A stretch of DNA of 64,000 bases, taken from NCBI GenBank assembly GCA_051294905.1, contig CM119378.1:2978001-3042000 (forward strand), written 5' to 3'. The position numbers and the translations under genes are program-made. A model generated the notes under the pieces. That model saw only the letters and a program-made list of their open reading frames with translations. It was not told the DNA's origin and ran no database searches. This DNA comes from Botryllus schlosseri (taxonomy: Eukaryota). Positions 37,601-49,620 of this stretch are shown here, piece by piece; position 1 is the stretch's first letter; every line of letters starts with the position of its first letter.

Positions 37601-40054
37601 TGACGTTGGTGTCCAACTGTTACACAGCAATACACATCTCTTAAGTTAATTGACCCAATATCGGTCGCCATTAAGTTAATTAATGAAGACACTCGAGGCG
37701 AAGCCTTGCTGCCTATACCTCATATCAAACGCGGAAGCATACACCGTTGTGTTGATCAGTCACGCAAAAAATACGAGAAGTCATCGTGAATGTGCGATAC
37801 TTCCGATCTGCGAATTAAGTAGCTAAGACCAGCCCGTGCAGTGCTCATGTTTTCGTTGTTTCCTTCAAGCAAGATTTCGGGCTATACGGGCAAATTGCGT
37901 ACTAAAAAACGTGGCTCTGAACACGGAAATTGGCTGCAATATTGCACCGAAAGTTACTGCAATTTGATGATTTGATGATGATTTGGATTACGAATAAAAT
38001 AGTATTTACTGTGACCAATTCTTTAATTATTTATTATAGTGTTGCTCACCGTAAATATTATTTTATTCAAATCCAAATTTTTCGACGGTAATAACTCCGC
38101 TTCTACTGGTTAGAATTGAACCAAATTTGGTGAACATCGTTTCTATAGACAACCAAACACTTTCATGGGGTGAAAAGAAAAAAATTAAAATTTTTCGGTA
38201 TTTATTTTTATATAATAAATAGAAACTTTCTTCTCCTGTAGCAATGCGGCTACTGGTTGGAATTGAACCAAATTTGGTGTGTAGGCTTAAATTAGGTAAC
38301 CTAAAAATTTTATCAAGTAGCCAGTGCGATTTGAGAAAAAAAGTCATTTTTGAAGAGCCTTACTGTGTAATGTATTACTCAATGGACGTAAGCAATGAAA
38401 ACTAAGACAATTTAAATGATGTTAGCTCTCCTCTAAACAACCGCATTTTGTTAAGAGGTATCGTATCCGAGTACACCCCTGGACACATCTGATAGCTTTC
38501 GTGCAGTGTCATTGAACGAAATTCCCGAACAGGCAACACACTGGTTATTGAGCTTCATCCTTTCTTATGTAGAAAATGAAGTTACATATGGGATGACTCG
38601 CCCGGACGAAACAGATTCCACATCTGTCGTTATCGTTATTATTGTTGTTGTTGTCGTCGTCGTCGTGATTGCCGTAGCTGTTCTAATCAAGAAAAAATGT
38701 GGAAGGTTCGTACAAGCAATTATGGAAGATTATTGATAGTATGTGACACGTAGGAAATATTTACTGTTTAATATTAGACTTGATTCCCCAAGACGACTGA
38801 AGATAAAACTTGTAACATAACACCATTACTCAGTTTACGCTTCCATAGCCCTAACCTTGAATGACGGGGTTGAGGATAGGTATATTTATAAAACGAGACG
38901 ATCAGGTCCCTATGTCAGTAAAGATTTATTCTGGTACAAGGGTCTGCAGTCATTTTTGACAAGCTAGAAATAACCAACTGGTGGAAACCGTGGGACGCAC
39001 GTAAGCTTTCTTGTAGTTACATGGACCACCAATCAACCATATCTTTTATAATTAATGACGTCGCGATGACGAGACCACTCTGTAAATCTCGATATGACTG
39101 CGGACTGCAGAGTCTTGCATATTTTAGCTTTATTTTGACAATTTTCGTTGCCCACTTCATCCTCACTCAAACGTTACAGACAAAGCTACCTTAGAAAGGT
39201 TGCACAATGCACTGTAAACCCCTGTTTTATTTCGATATCCGCACAATTTTCTCAAGGCACTCTGATGCATCTAGAGAGCTACCACAACACCGCACATCGA
39301 TGACTGAATAATGATATTAACTTAGCAGCTATTCTTTCCCTTTCTCACGATCTCATCACAATACCGTATATAGTAGGCGCGGAACGGTCAGATTACCAGG
39401 TCGTTAATCTCATGTAAATTAATACTCAAAGCATATCTCCTGCCCGAAATGACATGCACCCATGCTCACATTGCGTGTTGTATTCATGATATCTACAAAT
39501 ATTTTTCTCAAGGAATGACGCAGCGTCAAACAAGCCGAATAGTGGGGCGTCGGGAGACTCTTTGTTGCCTAGTGGCCGGAAGGAACACGGACAAACGGTA
39601 AGCATCGTCGCATTGTATAAAACACAAATTATAAACTCCCTATAAATCATGTACGGATTAGACCAGGGGTTCAAAACCTAGGGTCCATGTATGTTGTATA
39701 ATCGCAGTACGCGGAAATATTGGCAGTCACTGCTCGCTCGATTCAATAAATTTGGCAATCGATTTGGATTCGGGCTTTCGAATGTCCTGCTCTCTTTACG
39801 ATAGTATAATGTACGATGGCGTGATACATGAATAACCGCAATGCCATAAATAGTGTGGAATGATAAGAATTGGGAAGGTAACGGCGTGATCCATTTCATT
39901 CTAGTCGTCCGCTTACTTTGTCACCGTCCGGTATAGGTCATCTGGAGGCTGTTGTACAAATGTAATGTGCAGTGATTCTCTCGGTAATCTCGTCATTTTA
40001 ATCTTTCAGGATACCACACCTTACAGCAGTATGGAGATGCAGAATATACCATAG
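34674..40054 (+). CDS. Paralog D: type I membrane protein (~334 aa), 8 coding exons
   Basis: Exons: 34674-34722 (MIGILMITMLLAVPLQ), 35419-35625, 36496-36762 (DFEIEPLPDDVELPRCLILTFGKSCSVWKEK...YDGILLDCS), 37309-37395, 37462-37593 (132 nt, as in the C homolog), 38573-38705 (poly-Val TM, KKKCGR), 39513-39597, 40010-40054 (DTTPYSSMEMQNIP*). Phases 1,1,1,1,1,2,0 match C. Confidence 0.82.
37981..38362. mobile_element. Truncated (right-arm) copy of the foldback element in an intron of gene D
   Basis: High similarity to 31870-32248. Confidence 0.8.
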
Positions 40055-41131
40055 ATTGGGTCAATCTGCGAGCTGTTGCTGCCAACTCATACAGTCGACA
40101 ATGTCCACTAATGTACTGCTGCACAAGAACAGGCGTGGTCTTAGTGTGGGAGAATCGGACAACTCATAAGGACACTGGCCAGTGGACCGATATATCCGTG
40201 CGATTGCTCTTCGACGACATACTTTTTAATTGCTTCGATACTGTTTTCCATACTGTGCTTTTGTGTAAATAATACAATCCGCTATAATCCGCTCACTTTT
40301 GGCCGAATTAAGCGGGGAAACGGCTTTGTGCGAGTTTGTAAAGGCACACAATGTATTCAAAATATGGTACGGTTGCGTGATAAATTTATTGCAGCTGCGC
40401 TATATGCTGCAGTAAGTGGCACAGATCACATAAAATGCACCTTAGTAATACCTTAAGGTTATTTGTTGCATTGTACAGTATTTTCGATACCAAACCACAC
40501 AGCAGATACTGTATACTGTATTACTGTGTAACGGGCGCATATAGGGCGTAATTAGTACTTTCTGATATCCTCACTGTCAGGATGCGTCTTTACTCTTTTC
40601 TTTAGTTTACCGTGCAATTTCACTTTTTCTGCTAAACTTTTCCGTACCTGTATTTATTCTGCATTTGTTCTACAAGATGGACGCAATTGTATATTCAATT
40701 AAAAGCGGCCATGAAACTGACACAACCTTGTATGAGTTGATTGTCGATGTTACTGCATGCATCGACATCTTGTGTTAAAACGAACGAACTACTATTTGTT
40801 GTGTCGCAACCTGATGATTGCAAGCCTGCGTCCTAATTTGTCGGGGTTATATTTATGTGTAATTTTCAGTTTTTTCCCCGTTCCCAAGCAGTTTGATCGA
40901 ATAAAGCGATTGTCCGTGATATCCGATGTCCGAATTTAGCCGAGCCGACTGTATTGGTTTAGAATTGCACCGCACTGTCTTACCAATAGCAGAGAATGAG
41001 ATAGTGATTAGAATGCAGACTGAAGCGGCAGTGAAGAGGTATGTGTCGGCACTAGGTATGGGCGATATCGATTTGTTGAAAATGTGATCCGATAGCCTCA
41101 AAAGATGAGTCATTCAAAATTGCTCTACTCC

Positions 41132-41401
41132 CAGAGGTGGTCAGTAACGAAGTACTTCTACTTTTTGAACCACTCGAAGTAGATTTTTCCTACTCACACT
41201 ACTTTTTAAGTAGTTATGATTTTAGACTACTTCTACTTCTAATTGACAGTTTTCAGTTTTGTAGGCAAAAATGAGCGTAGAATACCAACTTACTTACTTA
41301 CTTACTTGTGAACCACCACTCCTACTTCTACTTGAGTAGAAATTCCGTCGTTACTTCTACTTCTACTTGAGTTGCGACTGTGACTACTTTGACCACCTCT
41401 G
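41132..41401. mobile_element. MITE of the CAGAGGTGGTCA family
   Basis: TIRs present; TSD TCTACTCC/TCTACTCT; inverted relative to 3111-3341. Confidence 0.8.
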
Positions 41402-42307
41402 TCTACTCTGTGAGCACGAAACAATACTCATAAGCGGCTTATTACTTCGACTTAAAAATGAGGTAATACCTTGACGGTCGAGTTAGGATACTCGTAGTAT
41501 CATCATTTTATTGAAATTTTTATCAAATCAATACAGCTAAGATTGCGATACATTGAAAAGATAGGAGGGTGCCGAAACGACTTGGAGTAGTCTTTTAATC
41601 AGACATCGACCTTGACCTCGCAGCATGTAAATAAGAGGCATGCACACTGGATTTAAGAAAGGATAACACAAAAGGAAGCGACAATAATGAATGCTGCATG
41701 TGTCGGTATAGGCGACGTCGATAAGTCAGATTGTGATCCGGTAATCCAGAGGGCTGACTATAGTATTGATTCAGTTGATGTTGCTCGTATTTCGATTTGA
41801 ATGTGGACATTGGACTGGACATGCTCGACGACCTTCGGATAGTTCCATGTGCTAATTTATCAGTTATGAAGCAGTTAGAGCGATTTCAAGTAGCATATGC
41901 TATCCTGCATGCCTCATTTTAAAATAAGTTCTTTTCCAAATTTACAAAAAGATTCGCGGCACACCCGAGAATCTGTGACGGCACACAGTTTTGGAATCAC
42001 AGATATATCACGAGTGTTCGAAAGGTCGATCGCAATCTACCGGTAGCCTACATCGCGTGGCCTTTTTGGTAGATCACGGCCTTTCGGCAGATTAACACTT
42101 ATAGTTATCCTAGCTGTATATCATAATGGGCTACTCAACCTACGATCTTTCGGTCCAACACTTCCGAGCGTAAATGAAATATTTTATGTGAGTGAGAGTG
42201 AGAATGAAAGAGTCATACACACATAGAATAATATGTCTCATTTCAAGAACATACATACATATACAATACATACATACATACTCTCTTGATGACCCATCAC
42301 TTTCATC

Positions 42308-42567
42308 GGTTCTATACCAATACCGACAAAACCATTACCGAGAATGGACACCACCGAGAATGGACATTACCGAGAATGCCCAATGCCGAGAATCTAACTT
42401 ATTGGGACGGACATTGTCGAGATTTTTACCGGATAATCGACACCGAATGTGTCAACGCCGTGATGCACATACACACAACCTGTATGCATAACATGCCTGC
42501 ATTTCATATATTATATTTTCGGTAATGGAATTCCCGGTAATGGTTTTCTCGGTATTGACCGGACACC
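42308..42567. mobile_element. Mutator-like (9-bp TSD) MITE
   Basis: Inverted ends with CCATTACCGAGA repeats; 9-bp TSD ACTTTCATC/ACTTCCATC. Confidence 0.6.
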
Positions 42568-42582
42568 ACTTCCATCATTCTC

Positions 42583-43921
42583 ATCTTAATCTTAAGATAC
42601 AAGCTAGAACACTATGTAATCAGGGGTATTGCAGCAACTCTACTTGAAAGCTACCTGGCAAACCGCAAACAATTTGTTAAACTGGGGACATTAAGAACGA
42701 CTACCAGAGGTATAACTTGTGGAGTGCCACAAGGCTCAGTCCTTGGACCGACTTTTTTCCTCATTTATATTAACGACATTGTTAATGCATCTTTATTCCG
42801 CACAACGCTATTTGCTGATGATACTCACCTCTTCATAACCTCCAACACTGTCGATGATTTGCATGCATCTGTGAATAGGGAACTCCCAAAAGTGTCGAGA
42901 TGGCTGCAAGCAAACAAACCAAGTTTGAATGCAGATAAGACCGAGATGCTCGTTTTAAATAATGCCAGTCATAATTTCACTGTGAACATCAATCATAAAC
43001 AAATCTCAATATGTGACTCAGCAAAATATCTCGGCGTCACCATTGATTCCAAATTGTCTTGGAAGCAGCATATTGAATGCACAATATCAAAACTAGCTCG
43101 GTGTGTGGGAATAATGACCCGTCTCCAATCTTTGGTTTCCAGATCAGTACTACGAACCATCTACTTCTCTCTTTTCCACTCGCATCTGCAATATGGAATC
43201 GTAGTATGGGGAAATGCATGTACAACATTTTTGTGCAGAATTCGAACCCTGCAAAACCGTGCGATACGGCTGATCTCATCTGTACCTTTACGTACCAATT
43301 TATCGCCTTACTACCGTAAGCATCGAATTTTGCGAGTTGATGAACTGTATCGCTTCGAAGTATCAAAAGTTGTTCACAAATATTTTTCCAATAGTCTCCC
43401 TCCTGTGTTTGATGACTTTTTCATACCTGCTAAACATGTCCATTCCCATTACACGAGATCTTCGTCTAAAGGAAACGTCTACTTACCCCAACCCAATTGC
43501 AACCTAACTAAGAGATCTATCGACTACTCGGGACCTATCATCTGGAATGCATTACCATCACATATCCGTGAATTGCCTTATAATAGATTCAAAAAAGCCC
43601 TACTTGATCACCTCTTGTCGTTACACTAACACTGTTGCCCTACCTCGCCCAGACATTGCTTCATTGATCATTTGCTACCATTGTTTAATTTTTTTTCTAT
43701 TTTCCTTTCGTAACTAAACATTTTTTTACAGCCAGACTGTTCTGAGTCAAGTGTACCTGTTTGATGCTGGTGTGATCAGATTAGATGACCTTCACGGTCT
43801 TATCGATCATTCCTATCTAATACCGAATACTGTGCACGCATATTTTCTGTACCACCATCACTGCCGTTTGTTATGTATTTTGGTTCGATGAAAATAAAGA
43901 CTCTCTCTCTCTCTCTCTCTC
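42583..43921 (+). mobile_element. 5'-truncated non-LTR retrotransposon (CR1/L2 group); RT C-terminal part ending at stop 43629, plus 3' UTR
   Basis: KLEHY..RG...SYL.NRKQFV, GVPQGSVLGP, YIND, LFADDT, KYLGV.ID.KL.W..HI motifs; AATAAA followed by a (TC)n tail. Confidence 0.92.
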
Positions 43922-45172
43922 ACGCAGCTTGAAGCGTTGAGCTGGATTCGCTGAGCTGTCAATGAGTCGAGTCATGACTCGAGTCATTACAACCCTGGTG
44001 TGAATATCATGATCAATTTCAATATTTGAGGACTTTTGCAATATATCCGTTCATTATGTTCGCTAGCAATGCGCTCAAAGTTATTATGTAATGCAGTGGT
44101 GGCCACATGAGATTTGCGAACCATTGCGCGAGTCACTTAAATATTGATGACCTTTTATTAGTCATCAGATAGGAGTGAACCGGACTAGGTAACGGTGAAA
44201 ACAAGATTGATCTTACTACGCATCAAAATCAATTCTAATTATGCCACGAAAACTCAGCGTTATGTAATAAATGTGATAAATGAATTCGGTCAATAATATT
44301 GTTGCTTGCATATATTCCGGATTGTCTCTGTATACCACTGGGCTGATTTGGCAAGGAAAGGCTTATTAGGCGCTTTAAGATATCAATATCGAATGTTTCG
44401 GCGAACATGTGTCTATCATTTTGTGCCAAGGTTTCATCGCTGGCGATCTTTCTACGAGTGCGCGCGCGAAGTCGCATGTTAGACGACACGATCTCTCGTA
44501 ATTGCGAATATAGTTAGACTGAACTCTCAAGAGGGCACCAATACTTGAAGCAAGAAATCGAGTGACAATAAATCGCGTGAATTCTAAGAAAAATTTCCAA
44601 GTCAAATAAATCTGCCGCGAAATATTCTACTTCATGGTCATTGGTCATATATACGAAGATCTACGAAAATGTGGCTGGACCCAGGCTACGCTAATGCATC
44701 GGAACTGATATTTTAGTTATCGACACCCCCAATTCCATATGTTCTCAAACGCAAAATCAAGACGACCGTTTTATTTACACGAGTGTTCATTCCCCCCTAC
44801 AACTATGCACTCCATCTTTTATACATATCGTTTACTTTTATATTATATTGCCTTTTATGTACAGCGCCCTAGTTTAGTAACGATATATTGTTATATTCGG
44901 TGCTCTATAAATTACTATGTTATTAATATTATTATTATCAGCAGGATGGCATATTGCGCCCCGTGAATAAATGCAAATTGGGAATCGTGCGCGTCTCAAA
45001 GAAGTTTCTCCTTTAATTTGTTATGGTAAGTGTGAGCAATCTTTCGAGTGGTGACAACTTTCTCCAGAGGTTACGAAATAACAGCATGCTTCAACTAAGT
45101 AAATATTTACAATTCACCCGCCCGCGTTCACCCTCTAGAAACTCATGAATAATCTTACCGTGTGGTATCAAC

Positions 45173-46430
45173 CAGAGGTGGTCAAAGTAGTCAAGAAAGC
45201 TACTCAAGTAGAAGTAGAAGTAGCGACGAAAAAATCTACTCAAGTACGAGTAGAAGTACTTTTTCCAGAAGCAACCTAAAACTACTTGAAGTAGAAGTAG
45301 AATTTACCGACTTTAAAAGTACTCAAGTAAGTAAGTAGTTGTGAAAACGATCCCAATTCGTTCACATGGATTGTAAAAAGGTGCAAATTGAGCTATGCGG
45401 AAGGTGACGAGCTTGATTCATATTGATGCATACCGGCAGGTATCCAATTTTCGATAGCATAATCATTCGTCCAAATCATGGGATGAAAATGATAGTATTG
45501 ATATGGAAATGCGATACTAATCCTCTGTTTTCTCGAACAGCACGTTTTAGAAAACAGTATGGTACGTCGCCATCCCCCATATTATAAGACCCATAGTTTA
45601 GTCGAAGAGCAATACGGAGAAGTGATATAGGATACGGTGTAAACACTTCGCGCGATTAGTAAACGTTAATAAAAAATATGGGGAACCGTAAAAATGCCAT
45701 ATTGTGTAGCTTTATTTCCGGAAACTAAAGGCATTACTACACTTGCTTTTATACTCCAACATGTATGTTATCCAGACAAAAGAACTGATATTGATACTAC
45801 ATCTTCTGAAAGTGGAACATGTATTTCATGCCTTTAGTCTAGAAAGTTTCAAAGGTGGTATGCTAAAACAGCTCTAAAACTAACAAAAAAGAGTCAGAGT
45901 CCACTTTTCCAGGTTAGGACATGCCGTGGACATGCTAAATTACGATATGACAAGTAAATGCTAGATTGCGAAACATCAGTTTCAAACGTTATTATGAGCC
46001 ACATATATTGTGATGAATTATTTCATATGGGCGATGAGGGATAATGTGGTGTGAACGGAACCACGCCAACCCGTCACCTAAATTATATTCACCGATACTT
46101 TCGTGAGATCATACCAGTCACTCCGTATCCACTGCGCGCGAAGCGCGACGAAAATTCTTGGCTTTACTCAACTTTTATGAAAATTAAATGTTGATACTGA
46201 TACGTGAAAACAGCCCCGAAATTTCTCAGGCTATCTTCCTGATTGGAAGATTGAACTACTTCTACTTGACAAACTGAAAATAGCGAAAAGTAAGTAAGTA
46301 GATCACAAAATATTACGAAGTAGAAGTAGAAGTAGCGAAAATCAGATCTACTTGAGTAAGTACCAGAAGTAGAGGAAAACTACTTGAGTACTTCGAAAAA
46401 GTAGAAGTACTTCGTTACTGACCACCTCTG
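45173..46430. mobile_element. Long member of the CAGAGGTGGTCA hAT family
   Basis: TIRs present; perfect TSD GTATCAAC. Confidence 0.88.
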
Positions 46431-48565
46431 GTATCAACATATATAGATAGCTAAAGATATATAATTGCGTGCGTTCTTAGTCTTTGAAGGTACCGCTTCA
46501 GCTCTACCGGTTAAACTGATCATGATAACATATTAGGGCGGAGCATGGACCGGAACCGTAAATGGCCGAGGCATGTTGGCCGAGACCTCTGATATATATA
46601 TGTCCGCAGTCAAATTCTCAATCTTTCATATACGCGCCTGAGTGGTTGTCTTACTTGACAATGAAGTCGGGCTTTCGAGTAGCTGTGAAATGGGGTTTAG
46701 GGGGCGAAGCAGTCCCATAAGTTCGGTTGATCCCCCTATGGGGGCCTAAGACCAATGCAAGTAACAATATCATTGATTCATCCATTAACTTGACCTACCC
46801 TTATTTTTTTCTGTCTGCGCCCTTGCGCCAGAAGATGCTATCAACGGAAAGGACGCTGTGTTTTTGAAACTAAAACCAGACACAAGATAAATTATACCAC
46901 CCATCAATTGTATTTTAAAATGCGTGATGTTTGGATCACGAATCAAGGCTTGTGGCATTGTACGATTTACTCTAAATCAGTCCTTGCCAACGTTTTTGGG
47001 AATGATGCACCACAGTCCACGCAATACATCCAATCTGTAGTAATCCTAATCAGAATAAGAATGGGCAATTAAGGCTGTATATAAGGTAAAGGACAGCTTA
47101 TATTACATATTTACAAAATAACATCAGGCAATTAATGCGAGCGTTTCATATGAATTTTCTCGGCCAGTTGTACGAAGAGATGCAGTCGCCTTGTTTTGAG
47201 TGCTCCTCTTAGAAGCGTATCAACATCCTTTCTAGAATTTCTCTGATATAGCAATTCGGCAATACATTTACACTGTATAATATATCAGAGTTGGACTACA
47301 AGAATATTTTCAGCTTTTCCAATAAGATTTTAATTGGAATTATAGCTATGCAGTTTTTTTTCAAATTAGGTTAGAATAATAGCTAAGCAGCATTTCCAAA
47401 TTAGATTAGAACAGTGGTTTTCAACCTTTTTGAGCTTCATTCGAACTTTTTTTGTAAAATAAATTTCATTCGCACAAACTAACCGAAAATTGTTATACAA
47501 AAAGAAGATGAAAATACAACATTTATGTGTTCAGATGTGCAACAAATTGGCTACTATGTATCTTAAGCTATCAAGTGTCTCATTTAAAAGGCTCCTATTT
47601 TCGCTCGTTTTGATTTCAACCATTCCACTAAAACCCTTTTCGGCCAAACAAGTTGTCGGGTTTTGTACAAGAACGCCTACTAGTGCTTGGATGGCCAGGT
47701 CTTAAAATCTGTTCTGCACTCCTATCCAAAATACAACGTATTTTTCACGAGTGAAAAATGCTTGCTGGAAGAAATCGATTTTGAGAGCTGACAAAAAGGT
47801 CTAGGAGGCTCCAGTAAGTAGAACGGGTGAAAAACCCACTTTTCGTATTGAGGCATTTGCGTTATGTCTTGGAAAAGAAGGCCCAAGCGATCAAGGAGAG
47901 TAGGAGAGAGAGAGAGAGAGAGAGTCTTTATTTTCATCGAACCAAAATACTAGCGATGGTGTGAACGTGAGGTTCACGTTCGCGTTCAGTGTGAACCTCG
48001 GAAATTTAGAGGTTCGCGTTCACAACAGAACCTTCGTATGTTCTGCACTGTGAACCTTTTTCATATATTACAATTTTCACTTCATTATAACATCTTTCTT
48101 TGGTTCAAATTTATTGCATTTCAATTGTGGGACACTCTATGCATGGCGCTGGCAGCATTATAAATCAACACTAAACGAGCATGCACCTTGACAATCTCAA
48201 AAGTTGTAGCCTACTTACTTTGTTACGAAAGTTTGCTCGGAATATCCAGCTTTTTATTTGTAAATATTTAGTGACTCACTGCTGTGAGTTTGACCCGCAA
48301 TCAACCAACATCACGAGCGAAATACGTAGTCAGCGAATGATTCTTGTTCAACGTTCAACCAATCAATTAGATTGATATCGTGTTCTGATGAAAAAAATCT
48401 AGCAGGCGTTACGGGGTCAATCTTTACTGCATCATTATAACCTAATCCGTGCGATTGGGGTGTTGGCTACTGCTATATAACTCGTTAATGGGGTCGAAAT
48501 TGTTGGCAAAGCGACAAAAGATATCGATTTTAAAGGAAGTATTATCAATCAATCAATCAATCAAT

Positions 48566-49620
48566 CTTCTCAAAAGATTTGGTGTTCTAAACTTAGAAGA
48601 TATATGAGGAAGCTAGAAATTGCCAAGTTTATGTATCAGTTCCATTGCGGTCAATGTCCCTCAAATTTCAAGGACTACTTCACCTCGGAGACAAAAGCGC
48701 ACAAGTACAGCACACGCGCGTCAACGAAGAACAACTACCATATGATCAGGACTGAATACAAGAAAACGCATTGCTCTATCAAGTATGCCGGACCCCAATT
48801 GTGGAACAGCATCTCACCGGCTATCCGACAGTCGTCGAGCATGTCCGCATTCAAGTCGAAATACAAGCAATTTCTTCTAAATCAATACTAGCCAGTCTTC
48901 AGGATTACCGGACCACGACCTAACATCGACCTCGCCCTCCGCCAAATGCTACCCCATTTTGTCGCTTGCGTCTTATATTCTCTGCATTACTTTTCATTCA
49001 GTGTGCAATGTGCATGCCTCTTATTTACTTCGCCTAGGCTAAGGTGGGTGTCTGATCTTAATGGCTACTCCAAGTTGTTTCGACACCTTCCTATCTTTTC
49101 ATTGTATCGCAGTCTTGTGATGTTTTGAAACGATGAATGTAGCGGTCGGTGCAACGACTTTTCGCAAAGACACGCTGGTATAGTGCTTGATTGGAGTCGA
49201 CGCTACAGCTACAGTTCCCGTTGTACGCACTAGTTGACTGACTAATGACCGCTCTGAGTACTCTTGCAATCCTGATCACACACGCAGATCCAAGAAGCTT
49301 TCTTTACTAGCACAGAACAGCCAAATAGTAGTAATTAGTGGTCAGAAACTTGTAGATTTACCAGGTTCGAATGATACTGCGGTTCAATAAGAAATAAAAA
49401 GAATAAATAAAGCGAAATGGAGCCAATTGTCTATTTTACGACGGAAGCGCGGGCGCGCCGACCTCCGTATGCGGGCTCTGAGAACACGTGTGTCGCAGAC
49501 TAACTGTGCCGTCACAGCTTGTGGTTTCGAGAGTGACCTATTTACGCTTTCGCGCACGACGGAATTGGGACAGCCATTTACAATGAAAATATTAATAAAC
49601 CTGATTGATTGATTGATTGA
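48566..49620 (+). mobile_element. 3' end of a second CR1/L2-group LINE
   Basis: ORF end H.YSTR...SIKYAGPQLWNSISPAIR...FK; AATAAA plus (TGAT)n tail at 49602-49620. Confidence 0.8.
49138..49582. mobile_element. Solo LTR (445 bp)
   Basis: TGTA...TACA termini; perfect 5-bp TSD ATGAA; internal AATAAA near 49400. Confidence 0.75.

Larger units (their letters stand above)
40889..47085 (+). pseudogene. Possible decayed Ig V-set-like domain split over two exons
   Basis: 40889-41038 (acceptor CAAG, donor AG|GTATGT) reads, with frameshifts and a stop, VRDIRCPNLAEPT / LYWFRIAP / ENEIVIRMQ. 46832-47085 (pyrimidine tract plus CAG, same phase 2) reads RCYQRKGRCVFETK...LYFKMRDVWITNQGLWHCTI, resembling the V-set C-strand WFR and E-F strand I-x2-V-x3-D-x-G-x-Y/W-x-C motifs. 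Several lesions must be invoked. Confidence 0.35.

Noticed and set aside
44970..45030. ATG-initiated segment ending in a perfect GTAAGT donor
   Set aside because: The peptide (MQIGNRARLKEVSPLICY) is not signal-like and no compatible partner exon was identified.
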